A stretch of DNA of 64,000 bases from Thermodesulfovibrio sp. (GTDB lineage Bacteria; Nitrospirota; Thermodesulfovibrionia; Thermodesulfovibrionales; Thermodesulfovibrionaceae), in the NCBI GenBank assembly GCA_020725335.1, contig DYFF01000020.1:146434-210433 (forward strand), read 5' to 3'. The notes under the pieces are model-generated. The model was given only the letters and a program-made list of their open reading frames with translations. It ran no database searches and was not told the DNA's origin. This document shows, piece after piece, positions 35,122 to 44,379 of this stretch. How positions within the stretch are numbered: position 1 is the first letter of the stretch; each line of letters opens with the position of its first letter. Both the position numbers and the translations under genes were made by a program.

Positions 35122-35565
35122 GCTTTTACAATTATTAATTATTCTTTTAATGCTTCTTTTTTCATTTTCACAGAATATCTTTACTTTTTCAGAGTCATAC
35201 CAGACGTAATACTGGGTAGCATAATTTTCAAAAGGTTCTTTGTATCTAACTCTTTCACTTTTTAGAAAATCTATTAAATCAGGGATTTCTTCTTCCCCAT
35301 TATCTTTGAGATGAAGCCCTCCTACGAATGCTAAAATCTTATTATTAATTATTCCCTTTAAGCCTCCTGCATGGTCTTTATGACAATGAGATAAAACCAC
35401 TCTTGTAATCATGTGGGGGTTTATTTGTGCCTTACTGAGATTCGGAATTAAAATCTCATGTTCAGCACCTGTGTCAAATAAAATACCTCCATTTCCTTTT
35501 TATGAAACAGCTATATCCGAAACCTGAACAAAACCCAGCTTAAAAATTTTAATGAAAAATTTTAA
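35089..35565 (-). pseudogene. degraded MBL-fold metallo-hydrolase remnant
   Basis: The 107-aa ORF carries SHCHKDHAGG (the HxHxDH motif). Its frame continues upstream as KGNGGILFDTGAEHEILIPNLSKAQINPH, but an in-frame TAA at 35500-35502 blocks it. More MBL-like sequence lies upstream without a usable start. The C-terminal part jumps straight to a GGLHL-type motif, so internal segments appear lost. The 3' end overlaps hydA. Confidence 0.5.
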
Positions 35566-35585
35566 CTAACTTCGTTTAACAGCTC

Positions 35586-35963
35586 TTAATTACCAAAAAT
35601 TGTTGGAGGTGCATATTTATGTGTTCCTTCTACTACTTCTATCCCTGCCTTCTCCTTTACTGCAGCTATAATGTCATCTTTTCTCGGACAAAATTTCATT
35701 ATACATGTGCCAATATGAAGAGCATCAATATTTTCCTTAAATGCTGATAGTTCTCTTTTTAGCAAAACAAGACTACATATTGCTCTATTTCTGTTGCCTT
35801 CGCATCCGCCACAATTTATTATTCCAAGTAGACATACTTCCTCATTCTTATATCTTTCAAATTCCCCTTCCTTCCGAGAAAGCGCAATAAAACATCTTGT
35901 ATCCGCCGGGCATAAATTCTGTCCTCTAATCATCTGACATGATAAAATAGCTATTTTTTTCAT
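35586..35963 (-). CDS. CGGC domain-containing protein
   Basis: About 125 aa with ILSCQ...CPADTRCF and the eponymous GIINCGGCEG motif. Confidence 0.7.
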   Translation of the reverse strand: MKKIAILSCQMIRGQNLCPADTRCFIALSRKEGEFERYKNEEVCLLGIINCGGCEGNRNRAICSLVLLKRELSAFKENIDALHIGTCIMKFCPRKDDIIAAVKEKAGIEVVEGTHKYAPPTIFGN

Positions 35964-36084
35964 CTTTTACCCTCCTGACAAAAATATTTATCTAAGGCTA
36001 AACCTCTTTCTTTTAATATGCTTTTCTTTTTTAAGTTTGCGCAAACATTTCTTTATTCATTGAAAAAAAAACAATCACCATTCT

Positions 36085-37788
36085 TTACCAAGAACCACCG
36101 CCGCCACCACCACCGCCACCACCAGAAAATCCCCCTCCTCCGCTACCACTACCTGAGGACCGAGGTGCAGAGGATATTATCTGTGAAGCTTCTGTAGTAA
36201 AAGTATTCATAGAGTAAGCAAAGGATGTTGGAGAAAAACTTCCTCTACCCTGATACCAATTTGGTGGCTGTATAAATAAACCTTCAAAGGCATTTGCCCA
36301 CTTTTCCGCTTCACCAAAGGCAATAGCAAAAGGAAGATTTTTCTCAAAAACTTCCGGAATTTTATCAGGCGGGAAAAGTTTCTCTATAACATTTTTTTCA
36401 ACTCTACTTATAAACTCCTCATAACCTTTTAGATACTCCTTTATAGAAGTGCCTCTCTGAGTCTTTCTTGGCATAAATTGCCCAAAAATAAATAAGGATA
36501 TCGCTGTCACTATTCCTGAAACCAAAAGGGGGAAAGGAGGAGTAATTTGAGATGCTCCAAAGATGATAGTACTGAAGATGGTTAATAAGAAAATAATAAA
36601 TGCCATTATTGCATATTTACCTTTAACACTCATCGGATTTTCTGTAAAAAGGCCTTTCTTCGTTAAACTGGAAAATACAGATTTTGTAATTCCAGGGATT
36701 GAACTGTAAAATTTCTTTTTAAGGTCAGAAAGTTTACGTCTTTTACTGCCTTCAAAAATAGCATTAAGAATCTTCAAATCATAATCCTTTGATTGCAGGT
36801 CGTTATCAGAATCTTTTATTCTCTCAAAAATATAATCCCTCTTTTTGCCAAAAAGAAATCTTTCCTCTTCTGTTTCTATGATTTTTATGTATCCTCTCCT
36901 TGCTAAATCTATAATCTCTGCGACTATATCCCTTGTATCTGTCTTTTCATCAATTAGAGTACCTGCCTCAAGAGGAGTCATATCCTGTGGTGGTTCATAT
37001 TGGACTTGTATTACTCCCCTTTCTCCTATATCTCTACCCTTATTCCACCATAACCAATATAAGAAAGCAAGAAGAGAAGGAATATATATACCTACGTAAA
37101 GCCATGGATTTTTCCACCACGGAGGACCTGTCTGTATCTTTATTAGACCAGCTGGCCAACCAACAGCTATTGTCATGCCTTCATGAGGGGATAGGGGTCT
37201 TGTTAGCATGAATATAACTTGATTTCCCTCTCTACGAATTTTACAATCTTTTCCTCTACTACCAAAAGCACCCGTATAGCAAGCATGCTGAAGAGAAGGA
37301 TTATCAAAGGGAAGATAAACTTTTATAATACCTTCCTTAATTGGAACTGGCCATCCTGTTCCTATAGCATTCCAGTAAAGTTCGTCTATATTACCAAGAT
37401 TATAAAGAGCGTATTTTACTTTGTAACGAATAACATAATTCTGTATGCCACTTACAAATGTGTTCGGATCACCTATCCGAATTCTTAGGTTATTACCCCA
37501 TTTTGATATTTTCGTTTTATAAGGATTAACCTTATCATCAGTAACTAAAAGGTCACTAATCTCGAGTTTATGTTTTTTCCCTCCTGGATCAACAAAATCC
37601 AATGGAATATCCCTGTATATTCCATGTTTATTCTCAAAGGTAAAGTCAACAATTAACCTCTCCGTAATCTTTAAATCTCCATTTCCTTCAATTGTTATAT
37701 CTACATCATAATTGTTTATTAACCAGCAGTAAGCATTTGAACCAAAAAGAAAGGAAATAAAAATACATAAAAAAAGTTTCTTTATCAA
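36085..37788 (-). CDS. DUF2207 domain membrane protein with C-terminal poly-Gly tail
   Basis: N-terminal signal/TM segment, an extracytoplasmic beta-rich domain of about 200 aa, then TM helices. The tail is SSGSGSGGGGFSGGGGGGGGGGSW. It lies directly downstream of lemA, the usual LemA-DUF2207 pairing. Confidence 0.75.
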   Translation of the reverse strand: MIKKLFLCIFISFLFGSNAYCWLINNYDVDITIEGNGDLKITERLIVDFTFENKHGIYRDIPLDFVDPGGKKHKLEISDLLVTDDKVNPYKTKISKWGNNLRIRIGDPNTFVSGIQNYVIRYKVKYALYNLGNIDELYWNAIGTGWPVPIKEGIIKVYLPFDNPSLQHACYTGAFGSRGKDCKIRREGNQVIFMLTRPLSPHEGMTIAVGWPAGLIKIQTGPPWWKNPWLYVGIYIPSLLAFLYWLWWNKGRDIGERGVIQVQYEPPQDMTPLEAGTLIDEKTDTRDIVAEIIDLARRGYIKIIETEEERFLFGKKRDYIFERIKDSDNDLQSKDYDLKILNAIFEGSKRRKLSDLKKKFYSSIPGITKSVFSSLTKKGLFTENPMSVKGKYAIMAFIIFLLTIFSTIIFGASQITPPFPLLVSGIVTAISLFIFGQFMPRKTQRGTSIKEYLKGYEEFISRVEKNVIEKLFPPDKIPEVFEKNLPFAIAFGEAEKWANAFEGLFIQPPNWYQGRGSFSPTSFAYSMNTFTTEASQIISSAPRSSGSGSGGGGFSGGGGGGGGGGSW

Positions 37789-37797
37789 CTCATCCTC

Positions 37798-38379
37798 CTA
37801 AAACTTTACCTGAGGCACAGCTTTTTGCTCCTCCTCTGTCTCAAAGAATACCTTAGGAGAAAATCCTAAAATTCCTGAAATTAAATTATTAGGAAAAACT
37901 GCAATCGCTGTGTTGTAATCTCTTACCACTGCGTTAAAGTATCTTCTTGCTTGACTTATCGTTTCTTCAATGCTGGCAAGTTCGTCCTGTAATTTTTGAA
38001 AATTTGCACTTGCCTTTAAATCGGGATAATTCTCTGCAAGAGCAAAAAGTTGTCTTAAAGCTTTTGTAAGCATATTCTCCGCTTCGATTTTCTCTTCTGG
38101 GGTGGTTGCTCCTACTGCGCTATTTCTCAATTTTACAATTTCTTCAAGAGTTTTTCTTTCATGGGAAGCATAACCCTTAACGGTTTCAACAAGATTTGGA
38201 ATAAGATCATGTCTTCTCTTTAGTTGCACATCTACATCAGCCCATGCTTGTTCAGTCATTATTTTTAGCTTAATTAAACGATTATAGATTAAGATTAGCC
38301 ATATAATAATAAATAAAAAAATTGCTATTGGAATTAAATATACCATTTTATCCTCCTTCTTTTTGTCCCATTTTATCAT
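37798..38379 (-). CDS. lemA: LemA family protein
   Basis: A single N-terminal TM segment. RRHDLIPNLVETVKGYASHE, ENYPDLKA and ARRYFNAVVRDYN are the conserved LemA motifs. Confidence 0.85.
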   Translation of the reverse strand: MIKWDKKKEDKMVYLIPIAIFLFIIIWLILIYNRLIKLKIMTEQAWADVDVQLKRRHDLIPNLVETVKGYASHERKTLEEIVKLRNSAVGATTPEEKIEAENMLTKALRQLFALAENYPDLKASANFQKLQDELASIEETISQARRYFNAVVRDYNTAIAVFPNNLISGILGFSPKVFFETEEEQKAVPQVKF

Positions 38380-38445
38380 TTAATATGCACATTGTCAATT
38401 ATAATTATTGAATATATAACGAGAACTTTATTAAAATCTATTTGA

Positions 38446-40380
38446 ATGAAATTAAAAAATCTCTCTCTTAACACAAAATTTACAATCTCAATAATTTTCA
38501 TAATTTTAGTCTTCTGCATCTTTTTCTCCTTTTTAATTTATTATCATCTAAAACAAAAAGTAATCGAAGACGCAAACGAAAAAACAAGAATAATTCTTAC
38601 TCAAATTGATGCCTTAGGTAATTATGTTAAAGAAGAATTGAGACCTGCTATTTTTAAACTTTTAGAAGAAACAGGAAAGAAAGATGAATTTATTGCAGAA
38701 GGAATGTCCACAACTCATGTCAGACTGAGCGTTATGAAAAGATTTAACAATAAAATTGGTTCATATACTTACAAAAGGGTTTCAACAGAACCAATAAATC
38801 CTGAACGTAAAGCAGAGGAAATTCATATAAAATTAATCCAGTATTTCTATGAAAATAAAGAAAAAGAATACTGGAGTGGCATTGAAAAAATAGGAGACCA
38901 GGATATTCTCATAATGGCTAAACCTGTCATTACGGAGAAAAGTTGTCTTATCTGTCATGGCAGAATAAATGATGCACCAAAAGCCTTATTAAAAAAATAC
39001 CCACGAAATAAAGATTTCACATGGAAAGAAGGCGATATAATGGGAATCGAGGCAGTTTATTTGCCAATAGCAAGCACTCTTGGAGAGATAAAGAGAATTG
39101 CTATTTCTACTTTTATTTTCGGCTTAATATCTTTACTTTTTTTATTCATTGCTTTACAAGGTTCTTTCTGGAATTTTGTAATTAAACCTCTGAAAAATTT
39201 AAGCACTCTTTTCAAGGGGATTGTTAATGGAACTGAACCGTTAAATCAAAAAATAGAAGTAAAAATTCAAGATGAAATTGGAGAACTTATTTTTTCATTT
39301 AATCAAATGGCTAAATTTTTATTTGAAGCACAAGAAGCTACAAAAAAATATGCTGAAACACTTCAGACAATCTTTGAAGGTATTACAGACCCTCTTGCAC
39401 TCGTTAATCCTGATTGTACTGTAGAAATGACTAATCAGGCCTATAGATTATGGATGATAGAACAAAAAGCAGCAGTGTTTAATTCACCATGCGATTTAGA
39501 AAAAATCAATGCAGATACCTTTTGTCCGGTTTATTTCTTGAAAAAAGTTATTGAAAACAAAAAACCAATTTCAGAATACTGGGAAGGAGAAGACGGAAAT
39601 TATTATTTTATGCACATTTATCCTATTTTCAATGAGAAAAATGAAGTAATTAAAGTTGTTCATTATGTAAAAGATATAACAGAAAAAAGGAAAATAGAAG
39701 AACAAATGCGTATTACTGAAAAACTTGCTGCTATTGGACAGCTTTCAGCTGGATTAGCCCACGAAATCAATAATCCTTTAGGTGGAATAAGGCTTTGTTT
39801 TAATAATTTAATATCAACTGACATGGATGAAGAAACTAAACAGGAGCATATTAAGGTTATTGATCAAGGATTAACAAAAATTAGAGAAATTATTAAACAA
39901 TTACTCGATTTTTCTAAACAAACAGAATTGGTCATAACTCCAGTAAATGTACATGATTTAATCGAAAATGTTTTAAAATTGACCGAATATTTGATATCAA
40001 AAAAGGATATCAAAGTAGTAAAAAACTTTAAAACTATTCCTAACTTACTAATTGACCAAAACAAAATAGAACAGGTATTCTTAAATATAGTTCTAAATGC
40101 CATTCAGGCAATGGACGGAAAGGATAGAATTCTTACTATAGAAACATCTATAAAACAAGATAAATGTCAAATATCCTTTAGTGATACAGGGCATGGAATC
40201 CCTGAAGAAATAATTACAAAAATATTTGATCCCTTCTTCACAACAAAACCAGTTGGGCAAGGCACAGGACTTGGTCTATCTGTTAGTAAAGCTATTGTAG
40301 AACAACATAACGGCAAAATACATGTAAAAAGTTCAAATAAAGGAACTACATTTATCTTAGAACTTCCTTTGAGATTATGA
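38446..40380 (+). CDS. sensor histidine kinase with periplasmic DUF3365-type c-heme domain (CxxCH), HAMP, PAS, HisKA, HATPase
   Basis: TM1 spans residues 12-34 and TM2 lies near residue 230. The loop between them contains SCLICHG (nt 38944-38958). H-box LAHEINNPL. G-boxes DTGHGI and GTGLGLS. Confidence 0.8.
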   Translation: MKLKNLSLNTKFTISIIFIILVFCIFFSFLIYYHLKQKVIEDANEKTRIILTQIDALGNYVKEELRPAIFKLLEETGKKDEFIAEGMSTTHVRLSVMKRFNNKIGSYTYKRVSTEPINPERKAEEIHIKLIQYFYENKEKEYWSGIEKIGDQDILIMAKPVITEKSCLICHGRINDAPKALLKKYPRNKDFTWKEGDIMGIEAVYLPIASTLGEIKRIAISTFIFGLISLLFLFIALQGSFWNFVIKPLKNLSTLFKGIVNGTEPLNQKIEVKIQDEIGELIFSFNQMAKFLFEAQEATKKYAETLQTIFEGITDPLALVNPDCTVEMTNQAYRLWMIEQKAAVFNSPCDLEKINADTFCPVYFLKKVIENKKPISEYWEGEDGNYYFMHIYPIFNEKNEVIKVVHYVKDITEKRKIEEQMRITEKLAAIGQLSAGLAHEINNPLGGIRLCFNNLISTDMDEETKQEHIKVIDQGLTKIREIIKQLLDFSKQTELVITPVNVHDLIENVLKLTEYLISKKDIKVVKNFKTIPNLLIDQNKIEQVFLNIVLNAIQAMDGKDRILTIETSIKQDKCQISFSDTGHGIPEEIITKIFDPFFTTKPVGQGTGLGLSVSKAIVEQHNGKIHVKSSNKGTTFILELPLRL

Positions 40381-41747
40381 AAGAAAAAATTTTTATAGTT
40401 GAAGATGATCCTGCTATGAGATTAGGCATGGCTCACTTTTTAAAAAGTCACGGATATATTGTAACCTCATGTGAAAATGGATTAGAAGCCTTACAAAGTA
40501 TAGAATCCCAGACATTTGATATTGCCATATTTGATTTGAAACTTCCAGGAGTTGACGGACTGAAATTACTTCAAGCAATGAAAAAGAAAGATCCAACCAC
40601 TGTAGTTATAATTATTACTGCTTTCGCCGAAATAAAAACAGCGGTTCAAGCTATAAAAGAAGGTGCCTTTGACTATATAGCAAAACCTTTCTCTAATGAT
40701 GAATTACTCTTAATAATTGAGAGATCTTTAAAGTTTAGAAACTTAGAAATATTAGAAATAGAAGTAGAGTATTTAAGAAAAACCGTAAGAGGAAAAGAGG
40801 TCTTCGAAGGCTTAGTAGGTATAAGCAATTCGATGAAAGAAATATTTGACAAAATAGAGGTTATTGCAAAAACTGATGTTCCTGTTCTAATTCAAGGAGA
40901 TAGCGGAACAGGTAAAGAATTGATCGCAGATGCCATTCAAAGACTCAGTGCTCGTAAAGATTTCCCTTACATTAAAATAAACTGTGCAGCCATTCCGGAA
41001 ACCCTTTTCGAATCAGAACTCTTTGGTTTTGAAAAGGGAGCTTTCACCGGTGCCACCGAGGCTAAAAAAGGTAAACTTGAATTAGCTAACGGAGGAACCG
41101 TATTCTTTGATGAAATTGCAGACATGCCTTTATCTCTTCAGGCAAAATTATTAAGAGTAATAGAAGACGGAATTATTTATCGTTTAGGAGGCAAAGAAGC
41201 TATAGTTGTAAATTTAAGGTTCATTTATGCTTCTTGTAAAAATATTAAAGAACTCATAAAGGCTGAAAAATTCAGAGAAGATCTATTTTATAGAATTAAT
41301 GTTGTACCAATTACCATTCCTCCATTAAGAGAAAGAAGAGAAGATATCCCGATTTTGATAGAACATTTTTTAGAGCAGTTTGCAAAAAAATATAACAAAT
41401 CTAAAATTCAAATTTCTCCTTCAGCCTATGAAGCACTCTTGTCCTATGACTATCCAGGAAATGTAAGAGAATTAAAACATGCTATAGAGAGGGGGGTAAT
41501 TTTATCAAAAGATGGTATTATGGATTTAAAACATCTTCCTGAAGAAATTTCAGCCCTCTCCAGTATAGAATTAAATTGCATCAACAATAATATCTCTCTA
41601 AAAGAATGTTTAGAACATTTTGAAAAAAATATAATTTTAAAAACTCTAAAGGAATGCGACGGTAAAAAAACAGAGGCAGCCAAAAGACTTGGAATTAGTC
41701 GAAAAGCTCTTTGGGAAAAGATAAAGGCTTATAGGATAGAAGAATAA
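40377..41747 (+). CDS. sigma-54-dependent response regulator (NtrC family)
   Basis: Receiver domain (EDDP...DLKLPG), Walker A GDSGTGKE, GAFTGA, and a C-terminal Fis-type HTH (AAKRLGISRKALWEKI). The start overlaps the kinase stop. Confidence 0.9.
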   Translation: MKEKIFIVEDDPAMRLGMAHFLKSHGYIVTSCENGLEALQSIESQTFDIAIFDLKLPGVDGLKLLQAMKKKDPTTVVIIITAFAEIKTAVQAIKEGAFDYIAKPFSNDELLLIIERSLKFRNLEILEIEVEYLRKTVRGKEVFEGLVGISNSMKEIFDKIEVIAKTDVPVLIQGDSGTGKELIADAIQRLSARKDFPYIKINCAAIPETLFESELFGFEKGAFTGATEAKKGKLELANGGTVFFDEIADMPLSLQAKLLRVIEDGIIYRLGGKEAIVVNLRFIYASCKNIKELIKAEKFREDLFYRINVVPITIPPLRERREDIPILIEHFLEQFAKKYNKSKIQISPSAYEALLSYDYPGNVRELKHAIERGVILSKDGIMDLKHLPEEISALSSIELNCINNNISLKECLEHFEKNIILKTLKECDGKKTEAAKRLGISRKALWEKIKAYRIEE

Positions 41748-41748
41748 A

Positions 41749-41836
41749 CGGAGGGGGAGGGATTTGAACCCCCGGTAGGGTTATCCCCTACAGCGGTTTT
41801 CAAGACCGCCGCCTTAAGCCACTCGGCCACCCCTCC
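41749..41836 (-). tRNA. tRNA-Ser (anticodon UGA)
   Basis: Folded by hand. Acceptor GGAGGGG/CCCCTCC with discriminator G. 3-bp D stem. Anticodon stem GCGGT/ACCGC with loop CTTGAAA. Long variable arm GTAGGG..CCCTAC. T arm GGGGG-TTCAAAT-CCCTC. No encoded CCA. Confidence 0.9.
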
Positions 41837-41959
41837 AGACTTTTTATTATAGCAGATAAAAAGGTCTTGATTCATCAATAGGGCAAGTAAAATTCAGAAT
41901 AAATTTCATTGTTAATCAGAAAAATGATAAAATACTAAAAATTTATAAGGGAGTAAAAA

Positions 41960-43588
41960 ATGAAGGCATCTAATTTATGGAAAGAATTACTTAGAGAGCC
42001 TGAGGATAAAAAATATCTAATAAAAGAAATCGAAAAACTTGCCAAAGAAAATAGAGAACCTGCAGAGATTCATTTTGGAACATCTGGTTGGCGTGGAGAA
42101 ATAGGTTCTGATTTTACTATGCAAAATGTGAGAGTACTGACAAAGGCAATAATTGAAGCAGTTAAAAGTGAAGAAAGTTCTATTCTTAATGAATTTGGAG
42201 TTAAATCTTTCAAGGAATTCAAAGAAAAAGGTGTAATTGTAGGGCATGATAATAGAATACTTGGAAAGGATTTTGCTTTGGAAGTTCTTGGCATGCTTCA
42301 GTCTGAAGGCATAAAGTGTTACTATGCAGGAGAAGCAGCTACCCCTGAATTTTCAGCAGCAGTGATTGAGCTTGGTGCAGCAGCATCTATAAATCTTACC
42401 CCAAGTCATAATCCTGCAAATTATGGAGGATTTAAACTTAACCCTGCAGATGGGGGTCCTGCTTCTGAGGGCTTAACTAAGCCAATAGAAATAATCGCAA
42501 ATGAAATAATGAAAAAATCAGATAACATAAAACCATATTTTCCAGAAAATATCAACAAAATTGATATAACAGACCTTTATATGAAATTTATAAACAAAAG
42601 AAAAATCATCGATCTTGAAAAAATTAAAAAATTTCTGATTAGCACAAATACATCAATAGCTATTGACCATATGCATGGCTCTTCAAGAGGAAGGCTTGGA
42701 AGAATTCTTTCATTAAAACCTGGCACCTTTATATGTCTGAGAAAAGAAGATGATCCTTTATTTGAGGGATTATCACCAGAACCAAGTGAAGAAAACCTCA
42801 AGCTTGCCTTATCTTATTTAAAAAAAGATTTAATAGGTTTCGCAGCAATAATTGATCCTGACGGAGACAGAGTTAGATTCGCAGATTTAAAAAGACAGAT
42901 ACCAATGAATTATTTTGGTGCAATGGCTTTCCATTATCTATATAACCAAAAGGGATTAAAGGGTATAGTTATAAAAAGCTTAGGAACAAGTAATTTTGTA
43001 AATGCTATTGCTGAAGCCCTAAAGGTTGAAGTTGTCGAAACTAAAGTTGGATTTAAAAATTTCAGACCCTTTTTATTACCAGAGGCAACAAAAAAGGCAA
43101 TTGTAGCATTCGAAGAATCTGACGGAATTTCTGTCCAAAATCATACTCTTGAAAAAGATGCAATTTTTGGTGTACTCCTCGCCCTTGAAATGATAGCTAC
43201 ATTTAATAAAAATCTAAGTGATTATCTTGAGGAAATAGAATCCCTTTATGGAAGATATTATTCTGATAGAACAGGCATAGAAATTTCGCGTGAAAATTTT
43301 GGTCCCCATATAAAACAACATATTGACGCAATTGCAGAACACTTCAAACCTGGTGATTTCTTTAAAATTGGGAATTTACAGAAGAAAATCCTTTCAATAG
43401 TAAAAATAGATGGAGTAAAAATAGTATTTGAGGATTTATCATGGATTATGATTAGGCCATCAGGAACAGAACCTAAAATTCGTGTATATATAGAAACAAA
43501 AAATTTAGATGAAAAAATACATTTAATTGAAGGTGCAAAAAACCTAACAAGAAGATTATGTTTAGAAGGAATCCAATGCCTTATTTAA
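41960..43588 (+). CDS. pgm: phosphoglucomutase/phosphomannomutase family protein
   Basis: FGTSGWRG near the N-terminus, the active-site loop LTPSHNPANYGGFK, the metal-binding DPDGDR, and the C-terminal IRPSGTEP. Confidence 0.85.
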   Translation: MKASNLWKELLREPEDKKYLIKEIEKLAKENREPAEIHFGTSGWRGEIGSDFTMQNVRVLTKAIIEAVKSEESSILNEFGVKSFKEFKEKGVIVGHDNRILGKDFALEVLGMLQSEGIKCYYAGEAATPEFSAAVIELGAAASINLTPSHNPANYGGFKLNPADGGPASEGLTKPIEIIANEIMKKSDNIKPYFPENINKIDITDLYMKFINKRKIIDLEKIKKFLISTNTSIAIDHMHGSSRGRLGRILSLKPGTFICLRKEDDPLFEGLSPEPSEENLKLALSYLKKDLIGFAAIIDPDGDRVRFADLKRQIPMNYFGAMAFHYLYNQKGLKGIVIKSLGTSNFVNAIAEALKVEVVETKVGFKNFRPFLLPEATKKAIVAFEESDGISVQNHTLEKDAIFGVLLALEMIATFNKNLSDYLEEIESLYGRYYSDRTGIEISRENFGPHIKQHIDAIAEHFKPGDFFKIGNLQKKILSIVKIDGVKIVFEDLSWIMIRPSGTEPKIRVYIETKNLDEKIHLIEGAKNLTRRLCLEGIQCLI

Positions 43589-43596
43589 TAACAATC

Positions 43597-44379
43597 TTAT
43601 AATTCTCCTAAGTATTCTTCAAATAACAAAAGACTTCTCTTTTGTTTATCTGTAAGTTCGTAATCCATATTTTCCTTCCAATAATAAAGAATCTCTTCCT
43701 CTGTCATAAAGTCTCTTAAATAATAATCCTTAATCATCTCTGAAAAATATTCCTGAAACTTTTTACGGGCATAAAGGAGTTTTTCCTGAAGTCTCATGTA
43801 TACAGAATATAACTCATTATCTGATTTGTTAATTTCTTTCCTTACAATCCACAAGGCAAAAACAAAAGGAAGGCCTGTGTGCTGATACCATAAGTTTGCG
43901 AGGTCATAGACTTTCTTTCCCTTATTCATTTTTCTGTATCTTAAAGCATCATCTCCTATTAACAAAAATGATTCACCTGTGTAGGGCGCTGATGATATAT
44001 CATAAAGAGGGCTCAAATTCATGAACTTCTCAAGAATTATCCTAAGCAATAAATGAGAAGTAGCTGACTGGTCAGTAAGAAGAATTTTTTGTCCATCAAG
44101 TTTATCTAAATCATGGTCACTGAAAAAAAGTACACTCCCTACATACTCTTTAGAGCTTATACATATTCCATCAATATATTCATAAAGCTCCTTGTTAAGT
44201 AAATACTCCACAGATGAAGATGGACTAACATCAATTAGGTCATTCCTCAATGCCCAATTAAGCTGAGAAGGAACCCCTTTTACAAGATGAATGTCTTCTT
44301 TAAGCAATCCCTCTTTTTGCAAAACATAAAATAGGGGATAAACATTAGCATACTGAATCCATCCTACTTTAAGTCTCAT
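43597..44379 (-). CDS. mqnA: chorismate dehydratase MqnA (futalosine pathway)
   Basis: N-terminus RLKVGWIQYANVYPLFY and a periplasmic-binding-protein-like fold typical of MqnA/MqnD. MqnA is favoured by the N-terminal pattern (i-x-Y-x-N-x-x-P). Confidence 0.7.
   Translation of the reverse strand: MRLKVGWIQYANVYPLFYVLQKEGLLKEDIHLVKGVPSQLNWALRNDLIDVSPSSSVEYLLNKELYEYIDGICISSKEYVGSVLFFSDHDLDKLDGQKILLTDQSATSHLLLRIILEKFMNLSPLYDISSAPYTGESFLLIGDDALRYRKMNKGKKVYDLANLWYQHTGLPFVFALWIVRKEINKSDNELYSVYMRLQEKLLYARKKFQEYFSEMIKDYYLRDFMTEEEILYYWKENMDYELTDKQKRSLLLFEEYLGEL

Noticed and set aside
36035-36046. 12-bp palindrome GTTTGCGCAAAC between the DUF2207 and CGGC genes
   Set aside because: It is short and unique in the window. 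It cannot form a hairpin because it has no loop. I mention it under the LemA finding but do not call it a feature on its own.
36085-36160. GGN/CCN-rich simple repeat, checked as a possible CRISPR or satellite
   Set aside because: It is the coding sequence for the poly-Gly tail of the DUF2207 protein. It has no spacer-repeat periodicity. I saw no CRISPR-like arrays anywhere in the window.
41749-41959. tRNA-Ser flank, checked as a possible integration hotspot
   Set aside because: No integrase, direct repeat of the tRNA 3' end or foreign-looking genes lie on either side. The flanks are a response regulator gene 1 nt away and pgm.
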